Positions 1 through 7,839 of a stretch of DNA of 37,217 nt are shown one piece after another. A program made the translations under genes and the position numbers. Below the pieces are notes generated by a model. It was not told the DNA's origin. It worked only from the letters and a program-made list of their open reading frames with translations, and searched no databases. The stretch is taken from the IMG/VR virus record IMGVR_UViG_3300022670_000095, positions 1-37,217 of that record; one strand, given 5' to 3'. The first letter of the stretch is position 1. Every line of letters begins with the position of its first letter. Source of the DNA: a virus. Its lineage: Duplodnaviria > Caudoviricetes.

Positions 1-144
1 TTGCGGTGCCTGTTGTTGTGGCGGCGCTTGTTGCTGAACGAATCCACCTTGATTTTGTGCTTGTGGTGCTTGCCCATTCTCAACCCAGAATACCTTACCG
101 TTGCCAAGAATATTACCTTTGACGCCCTGCTGCTTTTCTTCCTT
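1..144. repeat. Direct terminal repeat, left copy (144 bp; probably circular-assembly overlap)
   Basis: Identical to 37074-37217 (ttgcggtgcc...ttttcttcctt). It lies inside a coding sequence, which is typical of an assembly overlap. Confidence 0.95.
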
Positions 145-306
145 GCTAACGTCCTGTGTAATCATGCCGCTATTACCGTACTGGTCAAGCTGATCCATAT
201 CAACAAAGATAGTGCAATCTAAATACTTACCTTTTTGCCCTGTAAATAAACGCGCCTTGTCGATTTGTGACACGTTGATTTTTAAACTTAATGCAATTTT
301 ACCCAT
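1..306 (-). CDS. SSB-like single-stranded DNA-binding protein, 5' part (continues across the junction to 36969; 136 aa total)
   Basis: Manual translation MGKIALSLKINVSQIDKARLFTGQKGKYLDCTIFVD..., then a Q/P-rich linker and ...IDFNDDIPF*. It follows the annealing protein and exonuclease genes. Not in the ORF track because it wraps. Confidence 0.8.
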   Translation of the reverse strand, partial: MGKIALSLKINVSQIDKARLFTGQKGKYLDCTIFVDMDQLDQYGNSGMITQDVSKEEKQQGVKGNILGNGKVFWVENGQAPQAQNQGGFVQQQAPPQQQAPQ

Positions 307-335
307 GATATTTATTCCTATTTAGTAGTTAATTG

Positions 336-1106
336 TTATGACCATTGCTGGCCGAATTTTAAATCTAATTTACCTAGCATTGAATCCATATCACGAATGA
401 AGTTTTTTTCTGCTTCGTCATATTTATCCATAAATGCTTGGTCTCGATTAATCAATACCCAGTGCAATTTCTTTGTTGTTATGCGCGGGTCATAGTTGGC
501 AAAATACCAACCCTCGTAACCCGTCACCCACATAGAATACTGACACTGTTCGATATACTCCTTTTTAATTTTGTCGCATGTAGCGAACTCTACAAATACT
601 TTACTGGTGAACGGACATTTTAATTCAAGCCCAATTTTAGTGCCTGTTATTAACCCGTCAGGTGAAATACCAAAGCGCTTTTCTTTATCACGGTAAATAA
701 ACGCTGGTACAGTTACATCAACGCCATTCTCAAGCTCAAAAAATGCTCTTGCTTGGTCTTCGTGTTCATGACCCCACTCACACTGCTTGAAACTCATTTG
801 CTCAGGTACTAAACCGGTGGCTATTTGTGCCACTAACTCAGCCATATAGCCTTGTCGCATATCACCATAAACGCGCGGCAGTATTGAACGTATTTCGTTT
901 TGAACTTCTGATTTATTCGTACCCTCAAAAGTACCGTAGTCGTAATGGTAAACGTGTAGCTTACCTACCTTTTCATAAGTAGCATCAGGCATCGGTGCAA
1001 GCTTTGACTCCATTGAAAATTCAGTGGCTCGACTAGCACTAACAACACCAGCTTTAGCCAAAAACCAATCATCTGTGCCTTGTTCTATTTGGTCAATAAT
1101 AATCAT
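336..1106 (-). CDS. YqaJ/lambda-exonuclease family protein
   Basis: Motifs EQGTDDW..K.G.VSAS, WGHEHEDQAR, GISPDGL, LELKCP, Y..QCQYSMWVTG, FANYDPR. Confidence 0.92.
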   Translation of the reverse strand: MIIIDQIEQGTDDWFLAKAGVVSASRATEFSMESKLAPMPDATYEKVGKLHVYHYDYGTFEGTNKSEVQNEIRSILPRVYGDMRQGYMAELVAQIATGLVPEQMSFKQCEWGHEHEDQARAFFELENGVDVTVPAFIYRDKEKRFGISPDGLITGTKIGLELKCPFTSKVFVEFATCDKIKKEYIEQCQYSMWVTGYEGWYFANYDPRITTKKLHWVLINRDQAFMDKYDEAEKNFIRDMDSMLGKLDLKFGQQWS

Positions 1107-1684
1107 GACTTAGCAACCTCAACAATTCGATCGAAGTCTTTCATCAATATCTCACCTATATTTTCAAACTTAAATGCGCGGCATATTTTTAATCCTTTTT
1201 CTGTATATCGATTATCATCATCACAAAGTAATGCTAATAATTCCCCTGTCTGATTATCCGTTATAGTGAGCTCTACCTTTTTACTACCATCACCTTCATA
1301 CTCTCCGTTTATATCCTCACCAGCCCACAAATCAATTCCTAGACCATGCAATGCTATTGCCTTAGTAAGCGCTCTCATTTGACTTTTATTGATATCATTA
1401 GCCTTTGGAGAGGTTGCAGTTTGATTTTTAAAGTCTAGTACTGGCATCATCTGAGTTTTAACTAACCCCTCAATAGTTACCGAGCATTCAACAAAATAAC
1501 CAACTTCAGTTTTTAAGTAAGGAAGATTATCCCACTTTGTCATATCCCAAGTCATAGCAGGAAAGAGCTTACTTGCTTCACGAACCGCATTTGACCATGA
1601 CAAGTAATCAAACTTGCCTTTTTTAGCAGTTAAAGATTTAACGTCAACATTATTAAGCACCTTAAACACATCATTACTCATCAC
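1103..1684 (-). CDS. Sak3/DUF1071-like single-strand annealing protein (Rad52-like)
   Basis: KKGKFDYLSWSNA, MPVLDFKN and INKSQMRALTKAIALHGLGIDLWAGED; adjacent to exonuclease and SSB. Confidence 0.85.
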   Translation of the reverse strand: MMSNDVFKVLNNVDVKSLTAKKGKFDYLSWSNAVREASKLFPAMTWDMTKWDNLPYLKTEVGYFVECSVTIEGLVKTQMMPVLDFKNQTATSPKANDINKSQMRALTKAIALHGLGIDLWAGEDINGEYEGDGSKKVELTITDNQTGELLALLCDDDNRYTEKGLKICRAFKFENIGEILMKDFDRIVEVAKS

Positions 1685-1826
1685 CCTCTCCCTTTAATTT
1701 TATTTCGTTATCACACTGAACATTTTCACAGATTAAAAAGTTACCGTCACATGATTCAATCATTGAGGTATTGCATTCGGAGCATTCGACTGGCTCTTTG
1801 TTGCCGTGGTAATTATGGTTATTCAT
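1674..1826 (-). CDS. Small zinc-ribbon protein (50 aa)
   Basis: MNNHNYHGNKEPVECSECNTSMIESCDGNFLICENVQCD...; overlaps both neighbours. Confidence 0.55.
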   Translation of the reverse strand: MNNHNYHGNKEPVECSECNTSMIESCDGNFLICENVQCDNEIKLKGEGDE

Positions 1827-2022
1827 TACCATCACCCTTGTATGCTTTTACCTGGACCTCTAATACTTCTTTATACTGCTCAATAACTAAGTTAACACCC
1901 TTAATAGTCTTGATATTATGACCATTGATAAAGTTCTGTATTACCTCTACAGCCTTTAACTTGCTATCTAGGTCGCTTTCTATTTGCCCTTTAGCTCTAA
2001 AATCATTCATATATCTCTCCAC
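1819..2022 (-). CDS. Hypothetical protein, first gene of the leftward recombination operon
   Basis: ORF just downstream of the leftward promoter; likely starts at MNDF after a GGAGAG RBS. Confidence 0.6.
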   Translation of the reverse strand: MERYMNDFRAKGQIESDLDSKLKAVEVIQNFINGHNIKTIKGVNLVIEQYKEVLEVQVKAYKGDGNE

Positions 2023-2040
2023 TTGTTTTTGATGTGGTTA

Positions 2041-2084
2041 ATACTAAATCAGTAGTTGACCTACGTCAACCTTTAAAGTAAACT
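2041..2084. promoter_or_regulatory. Overlapping divergent sigma70 promoters centred on the palindrome GTTGAC-ctac-GTCAAC
   Basis: Plus strand: TTGACC(2056-61)-17-TAAACT(2079-84). Minus strand: TTGACG(2069-64)-17-TAGTAT(2046-41). Confidence 0.7.
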
Positions 2085-2112
2085 AATATCAAATCAATTA
2101 ACGAGTAACAAT

Positions 2113-2259
2113 ATGAAACAAGTAAAGCTACATAAAAACATTAACGAGTATCTTGATGAGATAGTAAAGGCTAGAAAAAAGGAAGGTAACCCTGTATGCA
2201 CTAAACAAGGTGTTATGGCTGAATTAATATGTAAGACACATAAAAAGGAATGCAAATAA
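2113..2259 (+). CDS. Small putative ribbon-helix-helix (Arc-like) regulator, 48 aa
   Basis: MKQVKLHKNINEYLDEIVKARKKEGNPVCTKQGVMAELICKTHKKECK has a strand-helix-helix pattern and is the first gene after the promoter. Confidence 0.5.
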   Translation: MKQVKLHKNINEYLDEIVKARKKEGNPVCTKQGVMAELICKTHKKECK

Positions 2260-2361
2260 ATGAAAGCAACAACCAAACACACTATGTACGCTCTAATCTG
2301 TTTAGGGTTATTTATATTCGCAAGTTCAATTGATTCACTTTTATTAACGGTAGGTATGTAA
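2260..2361 (+). CDS. Small membrane peptide (33 aa)
   Basis: MKATTKHTMYALICLGLFIFASSIDSLLLTVGM; abuts or overlaps both neighbours. Confidence 0.5.
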   Translation: MKATTKHTMYALICLGLFIFASSIDSLLLTVGM

Positions 2362-3002
2362 TGAAAACATTATTAGGTGCAGTTATACAGTTTAAAGGTA
2401 CTAAGCCTCACAATATGGAGTTCATAATCGATAAGAAGGGTCTTTTCGGTAACAATAACGGATATTACGTTGCTTCATTTTTTCATGATGGATTCAAAGT
2501 TATTTGCACACTTGAAGAATTCAACGCCACAGTAGATGAAATGGCAACCAACTACGGCACTAGTGAAACTTACTATGATTACAAGGCTAACTATACTGCT
2601 ATTAATAATGATATGAAGCCAGTTACATCACCTACCTATACCAAAGCTATGGCTGATGAAGGTGTATTACCTAGTGTAGGTATGGAGTGCATGGTTGGTG
2701 ATTCCGCATATAGTGAGGAATACTTCAAAGGTGTTATATCTTTTGTTGGTACTAGTAATGTCGTATGGGTGCATGGTGGTACTGAGTACTCCCAAAATAA
2801 GTCACACTTAGAATTCAAGCCACTAACCCCACCTATAGAGCTAATAGATGGTAAGGCTTATCAGTTTGATTATCACAACGGCTCATCCGGAATGAACAAC
2901 GCAGTAATGAGATATAACAAGTTTATTGGTAAGTTTCAGTTTGACAACCACTATTTCAACCCCGTTCACTGCACTAACATTCAATTACTAGAGGTTAAAT
3001 AA
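2361..3002 (+). CDS. Hypothetical phage protein
   Basis: 213-aa ORF with RBS, in a tightly coupled operon. Confidence 0.75.
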   Translation: MKTLLGAVIQFKGTKPHNMEFIIDKKGLFGNNNGYYVASFFHDGFKVICTLEEFNATVDEMATNYGTSETYYDYKANYTAINNDMKPVTSPTYTKAMADEGVLPSVGMECMVGDSAYSEEYFKGVISFVGTSNVVWVHGGTEYSQNKSHLEFKPLTPPIELIDGKAYQFDYHNGSSGMNNAVMRYNKFIGKFQFDNHYFNPVHCTNIQLLEVK

Positions 3003-3003
3003 C

Positions 3004-3216
3004 ATGAGCATATTACAATATAAAAACTCCGAACTAATGACAGCTAGATTAATTGATAGTGAAGCTAAGAACCAAGGTGATGCTTTTACCTTTCCAAATA
3101 AAGGATTGGATTCATCACATGGCATTGCCCGTCAAAAAGTTGACCAATTAAAGGATAAGGCTTTACTCTCTGAAATACTTAATGATGATTTTGCTCACTG
3201 TAAGGATATTCACTAA
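3004..3216 (+). CDS. Hypothetical protein
   Basis: GAGG RBS; coupled ORF. Confidence 0.65.
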   Translation: MSILQYKNSELMTARLIDSEAKNQGDAFTFPNKGLDSSHGIARQKVDQLKDKALLSEILNDDFAHCKDIH

Positions 3217-3542
3217 TGGAAGATTTAGCGATATGTAAGCGTATAGCAGAGATTGAGGGTCATTGGTGGGTGACTGATAGGGGTTGCTATCTGTATATTA
3301 TGAAGGAATACGCAGAATCTAAAGACCACCCGTTACCTACATATTACAACCCATTAACTGATGATGCTTTATGTTTTCAGCTTATGGTTAAGTATAAGGT
3401 TTATGTTGATTACTTTGGCGATAACGCCAGAGCTGCAATGTCATGGAACGGTAGCGATAGAGAATTTCAAGTTGATGTTGTTGATATGAGTATGAACAAA
3501 GCAATACTACTTGCAATCATAGAAGCACATAAGGAATCATAA
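3216..3542 (+). CDS. DUF2591/NinX-like phage protein
   Basis: YNPLTDDALCFQLMVKYKV...NKAILLAIIE pattern. Confidence 0.55.
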   Translation: MEDLAICKRIAEIEGHWWVTDRGCYLYIMKEYAESKDHPLPTYYNPLTDDALCFQLMVKYKVYVDYFGDNARAAMSWNGSDREFQVDVVDMSMNKAILLAIIEAHKES

Positions 3543-3841
3543 TGGCTAACTCATACGAACAGCAGCAGTTAGATTTAGCTAAAGAGAATGCAAAGCTTAA
3601 AGCGGAGTTAGCCGGATATCGTCAACGTGTTTGTCAAATGTGCGATGGCCATGGCCTTGTTGGTAATTGTATGGATGGAATGGATTGCCCTGAATGCACC
3701 AAGGTAATGAATAACATTAAAGCTGATGCTATAGACGATGCACTTAGCCTTATACTTAGCATTTCAGATGGTGACATGTGCTTTGACGTATTGACTGATA
3801 GGGTAAATGAACTAAGGGCTAACAATGGAAGCACTGGGTAA
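3542..3841 (+). CDS. Coiled-coil plus DnaJ-like zinc-finger protein
   Basis: CQMCDGHG...CPEC. Confidence 0.65.
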   Translation: MANSYEQQQLDLAKENAKLKAELAGYRQRVCQMCDGHGLVGNCMDGMDCPECTKVMNNIKADAIDDALSLILSISDGDMCFDVLTDRVNELRANNGSTG

Positions 3842-3891
3842 CTACATAGGCGAGTGGTTACTCTCTCTTATACCGATTGTAACTGAATGAT

Positions 3892-3920
3892 AAAAGACCC
3901 CTTAATTGGGGTTTTATTTT
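3892..3920. terminator. Intrinsic terminator, probably bidirectional
   Basis: aagacccc-ttaatt-ggggtttt followed by a T-rich tract, at the end of the rightward operon. Confidence 0.75.
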
Positions 3921-3958
3921 GCCTAGAATTCAATGTTAGCTATTAGATTACCGGTCAA

Positions 3959-3987
3959 TAAAAAACCCCGAGGTTAGCCGGGGTTTT
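3959..3987 (-). terminator. Intrinsic terminator of the candidate sRNA
   Basis: Stem ccccg/cgggg flanked by A and T runs; 7-U tract on the minus strand. Confidence 0.75.
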
Positions 3988-4028
3988 AACAGGGAGAGTA
4001 ATAACGAAACTGCCGGGTAAGCGTTATG
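3959..4028 (-). ncRNA. Candidate ~70-nt small RNA with an anti-RBS segment (GUUAUUACUCUCCCUGU)
   Basis: Bounded by an extended -10 (TGC-TACAAT, 4042-4034) and a terminator; no ORF. Confidence 0.45.
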
Positions 4029-4045
4029 GTTTTATTGTAGCACAC

Positions 4046-4068
4046 AAAAAGACCAGCGTTAACTGGCC
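4046..4068 (-). terminator. Intrinsic terminator of the leftward transcript
   Basis: ggccag-ttaacg-ctggtc-ttttt on the minus strand. Confidence 0.6.
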
Positions 4069-4093
4069 TTGTTTATCTATCCTTGTTAGTAAG

Positions 4094-4207
4094 TTATAAA
4101 TTATGGCCGTTGTGATGCCCGCAGTGTGGGCATTTTACAGTCCAAGCTTTCATTTGTTCTCCACAACCAGAGCATGGCTCAGTTTTTTGTATCGATAGTA
4201 TTTTCAT
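4094..4207 (-). CDS. Small zinc-ribbon protein (37 aa)
   Basis: MKILSIQKTEPCSGCGEQMKAWTVKCPHCGHHNGHNL; AGGGG RBS. Confidence 0.6.
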   Translation of the reverse strand: MKILSIQKTEPCSGCGEQMKAWTVKCPHCGHHNGHNL

Positions 4208-4228
4208 ATCTATTACCCCTGTGTTTAA

Positions 4229-4447
4229 TTATGGATTTAAATTGTAAAATTCTGGATGTCTGTTTATTTTAAGCTTTTGCCCACATCTTCCATTCAAGAT
4301 AGCTTTTAACACTTTAATCTCCAATATCAAACTGCTGATTACCTCGTCAGTGTTTGGGTTTTTAGCTTCCCATTCAAATTGGCAATCATCATCAAAGCTT
4401 ACTGAAGCTGTTATATGTTCGTTATCAATTATTAAGTTTTTATTCAT
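4229..4447 (-). CDS. Hypothetical protein (72 aa from the second Met)
   Basis: CAGGAG RBS upstream of ATG 4447. Confidence 0.65.
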   Translation of the reverse strand: MNKNLIIDNEHITASVSFDDDCQFEWEAKNPNTDEVISSLILEIKVLKAILNGRCGQKLKINRHPEFYNLNP

Positions 4448-4849
4448 GTTATTACTCCTGTGATTCATTTAATTTAAAGTATAAGGTTCATTAGATACGT
4501 TTGTCATGGATGGGTAACTCTACCCTCAATAACTTAAACTATCTGTATGTACTCAAATTGAGCTAAATAATATAAATTGGTATCAACCTAACTTTTTACA
4601 ATCCTTGTTGGTAGTCCACACCATATAACCATGACTAACAGTTGTTTATCCGCGTATCTAAACGTTAATTTATATTAAGTAATGCAAATTTGCTTGTTTG
4701 AAACCTTAGCTAGGTATTAGGGATTTTTACAAGATACCAATTAACTTGGCAGTAGATAAGAAGCTTTGAAAGGGGTTGTGGTTGGCTGCGGTAACTCTCC
4801 GCTGTTGCAGAACATGTCTACAAGAGTCTATTTCCTCAATACCAACACA

Positions 4850-4999
4850 CAAAAAAAGGCTAATTGTATAAAGCCCTAAACATTTCAGGATGGTAATAAA
4901 CGTGTGAGAGTAATAACCCTACGCGCTTAAGACCTTATACAAATAACCTTTAATGTTTATTACCGTTTTCAATAAGCAGCTCTCACACTGCGGTTTACC
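4850..4999 (-). ncRNA. Candidate C4-antisense-like structured RNA or attenuator
   Basis: Closing stem 4855-4871/4935-4951 with two internal hairpins; internal segments complementary to 4955-4964 and 4980-4988; U tract follows. Confidence 0.55.
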
Positions 5000-5005
5000 T
5001 GTTCT

Positions 5006-5033
5006 ATTATACGCTAAACCTCCTTGCTTTCAA
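5006..5033 (-). promoter_or_regulatory. sigma70 promoter for the structured RNA
   Basis: TTGAAA(5033-5028)-16-TATAAT(5011-5006). Confidence 0.55.
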
Positions 5034-5361
5034 GTTTAGATTTTAATAACTTGTCAAGTGCGTCAATTTCTGCTGATTGTATTTCTCGCCAGTTAGGCAA
5101 GTCTTTAAATGGTATGTTTTTCCTTCTGCACTTTTGAAGCGTATAGCCTCTGCTAGCCATAAACCATAAGAACCAGTCAATAGTATAAACATGACCTTCT
5201 ATCCAGCTAGGCTTATCCTCAGCACCTTCGCTGTCTTGGTATAAGTGATGCAGTGACTTGAAGAAATCCTTTTGATCGTGAAAGTCTTTCAGGAAGTTCG
5301 GCAAGTAATCGCCACTAAGTAAAAATTCATTCATATTTTCTACGGTTTTTAATTCACTCAT
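5014..5361 (-). CDS. Hypothetical phage protein
   Basis: 115-aa ORF (YLPNFLKDFHDQKDFFK...WFLWFMASRGYTLQ). Confidence 0.75.
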   Translation of the reverse strand: MSELKTVENMNEFLLSGDYLPNFLKDFHDQKDFFKSLHHLYQDSEGAEDKPSWIEGHVYTIDWFLWFMASRGYTLQKCRRKNIPFKDLPNWREIQSAEIDALDKLLKSKLESKEV

Positions 5362-5362
5362 G

Positions 5363-5542
5363 TTATTTACCGCCCCATTTAATATCTTTAAGCGCTCGAC
5401 AAGCTATTGTGCTACCTTCATCCATTCTAACTGATGTAAGCTTCTGTATTTCTTTTAATGCTTTACATGCAATGTCTAGGTCTTTTTCAGTTAAAAATAT
5501 AAACTCTTCCATTGGGTCGTGATCATCTGGTTGTCTGCTCAT
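5363..5542 (-). CDS. Hypothetical protein (59 aa)
   Basis: MSRQPDDHDPMEEFIFLTEKDLDIACKALKEIQK...; GAGG RBS; fills the gap in the operon. Confidence 0.55.
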   Translation of the reverse strand: MSRQPDDHDPMEEFIFLTEKDLDIACKALKEIQKLTSVRMDEGSTIACRALKDIKWGGK

Positions 5543-5547
5543 TTTCT

Positions 5548-5865
5548 TTATCCTCTCTCGTTGATGGGGTTAAACACTAAAGGCACATAAACATTCCAGC
5601 CGTTACCATCTGCTGCATAAATTACACCGTCATCACCAAGACCTAATAACACGCCTTGATACTTTGCATTTTCTTCACCTGCTAACATTTGAATTATCTT
5701 AACTTTGCTCTTTGACTTCCGCTCTACATCATTACCAAGTAGTGCCGCTATATCGTAGTCATGATAAAAAACACCTACCACCCTATCGGTATCACTGCAA
5801 ACCAATATATTGCTAGACGTTATTGTGTGGGCGAAATTAGTATCAGCCTGTTTAAATGATTCCAT
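5548..5865 (-). CDS. Hypothetical protein
   Basis: AGGAG RBS; 105 aa. Confidence 0.7.
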   Translation of the reverse strand: MESFKQADTNFAHTITSSNILVCSDTDRVVGVFYHDYDIAALLGNDVERKSKSKVKIIQMLAGEENAKYQGVLLGLGDDGVIYAADGNGWNVYVPLVFNPINERG

Positions 5866-5894
5866 TTTTCTATCTCCTAGTTAGTGTGTGATAA

Positions 5895-5939
5895 ACAATA
5901 GCAAATAGTATTTGACATAGCAACATATTATGATATTAT
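5895..5939. promoter_or_regulatory. Divergent sigma70 promoters
   Basis: Plus strand: TTGACA(5912-17)-16-TATTAT(5934-39) with TG extension. Minus strand: TTGCTA-17-TATTGT. ATAGCAA occurs twice as a direct repeat. Confidence 0.65.
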
Positions 5940-5976
5940 TTGTACAAGAAATATTAACCACAAGGAAAACACGAAC

Positions 5977-6414
5977 ATGAGTAGAAATTCACGACTAACA
6001 GCCGATGTATCATTAGAGGCTCACAACCTATTAAGAGGCTATGCAGAAAAGCATGAACGTTCTAAAGGCTTTCTATTAGAGAAGATGATTAGAAAGTTTT
6101 GCGGTGAAGTAGAAGAAGCGCCAGCTGCTCAGGTTGCAGTAGTTAAAAAGGAAACTGCTAAACGGTTTACTCCGCCAAAGCAATTTGATGTTGATGAGTA
6201 CATGGGGGATAAGGGTTGCCTAGACCAGTTCGCTCAAGCAGAAAAGTTTTGCGACTTCTACGAGTCAAACGGTTGGAAAGTTGGCAAGAATAAAATGAAG
6301 TGCTGGAAAGCAGCGGTTCGTAACTGGCTTAAAAATAATAATGGCAGCCAATCAAAGGCACAAGGTAAAACTTCCGGCAACCTATCAGCATGTGAGGATT
6401 TTATAAATGGATAA
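5977..6414 (+). CDS. Putative replication initiator: N-terminal RHH-like domain plus C-terminal phage initiator-type domain
   Basis: RLTADVSLEAHNLLRGYAEKHERSKGFLLEKMI; RFTPP...AEKFCDFYESNGWKVGKNKMKCWKAAVRNW. Confidence 0.65.
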   Translation: MSRNSRLTADVSLEAHNLLRGYAEKHERSKGFLLEKMIRKFCGEVEEAPAAQVAVVKKETAKRFTPPKQFDVDEYMGDKGCLDQFAQAEKFCDFYESNGWKVGKNKMKCWKAAVRNWLKNNNGSQSKAQGKTSGNLSACEDFING

Positions 6415-6982
6415 CTCAAACAAGCAAGAGTTCGCTACGATGTTTTATGCTCTTGGTGAATACTACGATAAAAAAGTTAGCACTGAATTATTGAAAATGT
6501 ACTTTAGTGACTTGATTGAATTTAGCATTGAAGATGTTAACGCTGGTGCAAGGGCGCATCGACTCGACCCGAAGCATGGAACGTTCTTCCCTAAAGCTGC
6601 TGATATTATTCGCCACTTACAAACGGGTAAGTTATCTACTGAAGATAAAGCACTGTTAGCATGGGCACAAATTCAGCATGAATTACGCAAGCATGGCGCT
6701 TATGGAAATCTCGAGTTAGATGATAAACAAGCTATTGCGGCTTTGAAATCATTTACTAGCTGGAAAGAGTTTTGTATGGCACCTGTTAGCGATATGACAT
6801 GGATGCAAAAGAAGTTTATAAGCATGTACTCAACTTATGAGAATACACCGCTTGATATGCTTCCTAGCTCGTTACCTGGATTAGAGGATTTACATAATCA
6901 TAAAGAGAAGCATGCTCAGCTTGGCACACAATCAGTTGGCGATATCATGAAAACTTTAGCCGATAAGATGAAAGCTAAATAA
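6407..6982 (+). CDS. Putative helicase loader (DUF6475-like)
   Basis: Follows the initiator; FFPKAADII...A..AW motif. Confidence 0.55.
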   Translation: MDNSNKQEFATMFYALGEYYDKKVSTELLKMYFSDLIEFSIEDVNAGARAHRLDPKHGTFFPKAADIIRHLQTGKLSTEDKALLAWAQIQHELRKHGAYGNLELDDKQAIAALKSFTSWKEFCMAPVSDMTWMQKKFISMYSTYENTPLDMLPSSLPGLEDLHNHKEKHAQLGTQSVGDIMKTLADKMKAK

Positions 6983-7005
6983 CCCCATTAACAGAGAGAG
7001 ATATT

Positions 7006-7380
7006 ATGAAAGTATTAAAGAAAATGGAAAGGCTTAACTTGATGGCAGCTTACGCATCAAGGTTTGTTTATGCTGAAGGATGCAAGGCGATCAATGGAAG
7101 TAAGACGTATCAACCGCTACTTAAATCTACCTTTCTTAGCACCTCTGGTGGTGAGGACGAGCCGATGTCATGGAGTACCTGTACTAGGCTAGATAAGCTG
7201 ATCGATGGTAGGTTATTTTACATAACATTAGTTGAGTGGTCAGAAGTTGAAGCGTCACCTGAGTATAGCTGGTACGAATTAAAGTCTGATATGGATAAAT
7301 GCAGCGCCACAATAAATATAAAAAGAAAACTAAGGGACATGATAAAAAACCCACAAAAATATATTAGCGTTGGGTATTAA
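7006..7380 (+). CDS. Hypothetical protein
   Basis: ORF with RBS. Confidence 0.65.
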   Translation: MKVLKKMERLNLMAAYASRFVYAEGCKAINGSKTYQPLLKSTFLSTSGGEDEPMSWSTCTRLDKLIDGRLFYITLVEWSEVEASPEYSWYELKSDMDKCSATINIKRKLRDMIKNPQKYISVGY

Positions 7381-7410
7381 CTAACCCCCTACTAACACAA
7401 ACAATAAAGA

Positions 7411-7626
7411 GTGAGAGATATAATGGATGTAGGCGAAAAGGTAAGGATAAACCCCAATAACGTGCCTGACTACTTTGACTTCGAATCGAACCCTATTCAT
7501 TTAACGGGTGTGATTATGGAAATTCACGACAAGGATGAGTTTGGTAGTTTTGCTATAGATGTTGAGTTTAGTGATGGCACTCTTAATGCCTATGATGAAA
7601 AGCATTTAATAGCCTTAAGCGAGTAA
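7411..7626 (+). CDS. Small SH3-like beta protein
   Basis: MDVGEKVRI...GVIMEI...VEFSDG...Y pattern. Confidence 0.6.
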   Translation: MRDIMDVGEKVRINPNNVPDYFDFESNPIHLTGVIMEIHDKDEFGSFAIDVEFSDGTLNAYDEKHLIALSE

Positions 7627-7631
7627 TAGCC

Positions 7632-7826
7632 ATGCAATCATCTTTTGATTTCCCACTAACTGATTTTGAACAGGCAACGCTTGAGCAACTAATATCATAC
7701 AAGTGTAAAGATGAAGGTGATATTGAAAGGCTTATTAATGACCCTAAGAATATCAAACAGGCTAAAGATCTTGTTAGTAAGTGGTCATTGATTCGCAAGA
7801 AGAAGAATTTAAAACCTTATAAATAA
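7632..7826 (+). CDS. Hypothetical protein
   Basis: ORF in operon. Confidence 0.55.
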   Translation: MQSSFDFPLTDFEQATLEQLISYKCKDEGDIERLINDPKNIKQAKDLVSKWSLIRKKKNLKPYK

Positions 7827-7839
7827 TTGGAGAGATATA

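Noticed and set aside
1-222. Plus-strand 73-aa ORF
   Set aside because: It is the antisense shadow of the SSB-like gene.
3841-5013. CRISPR mini-array or tRNA in the intergenic region
   Set aside because: No regularly spaced direct repeats, and no tRNA T-loop (GTTCRA) or acceptor-stem pattern seen.
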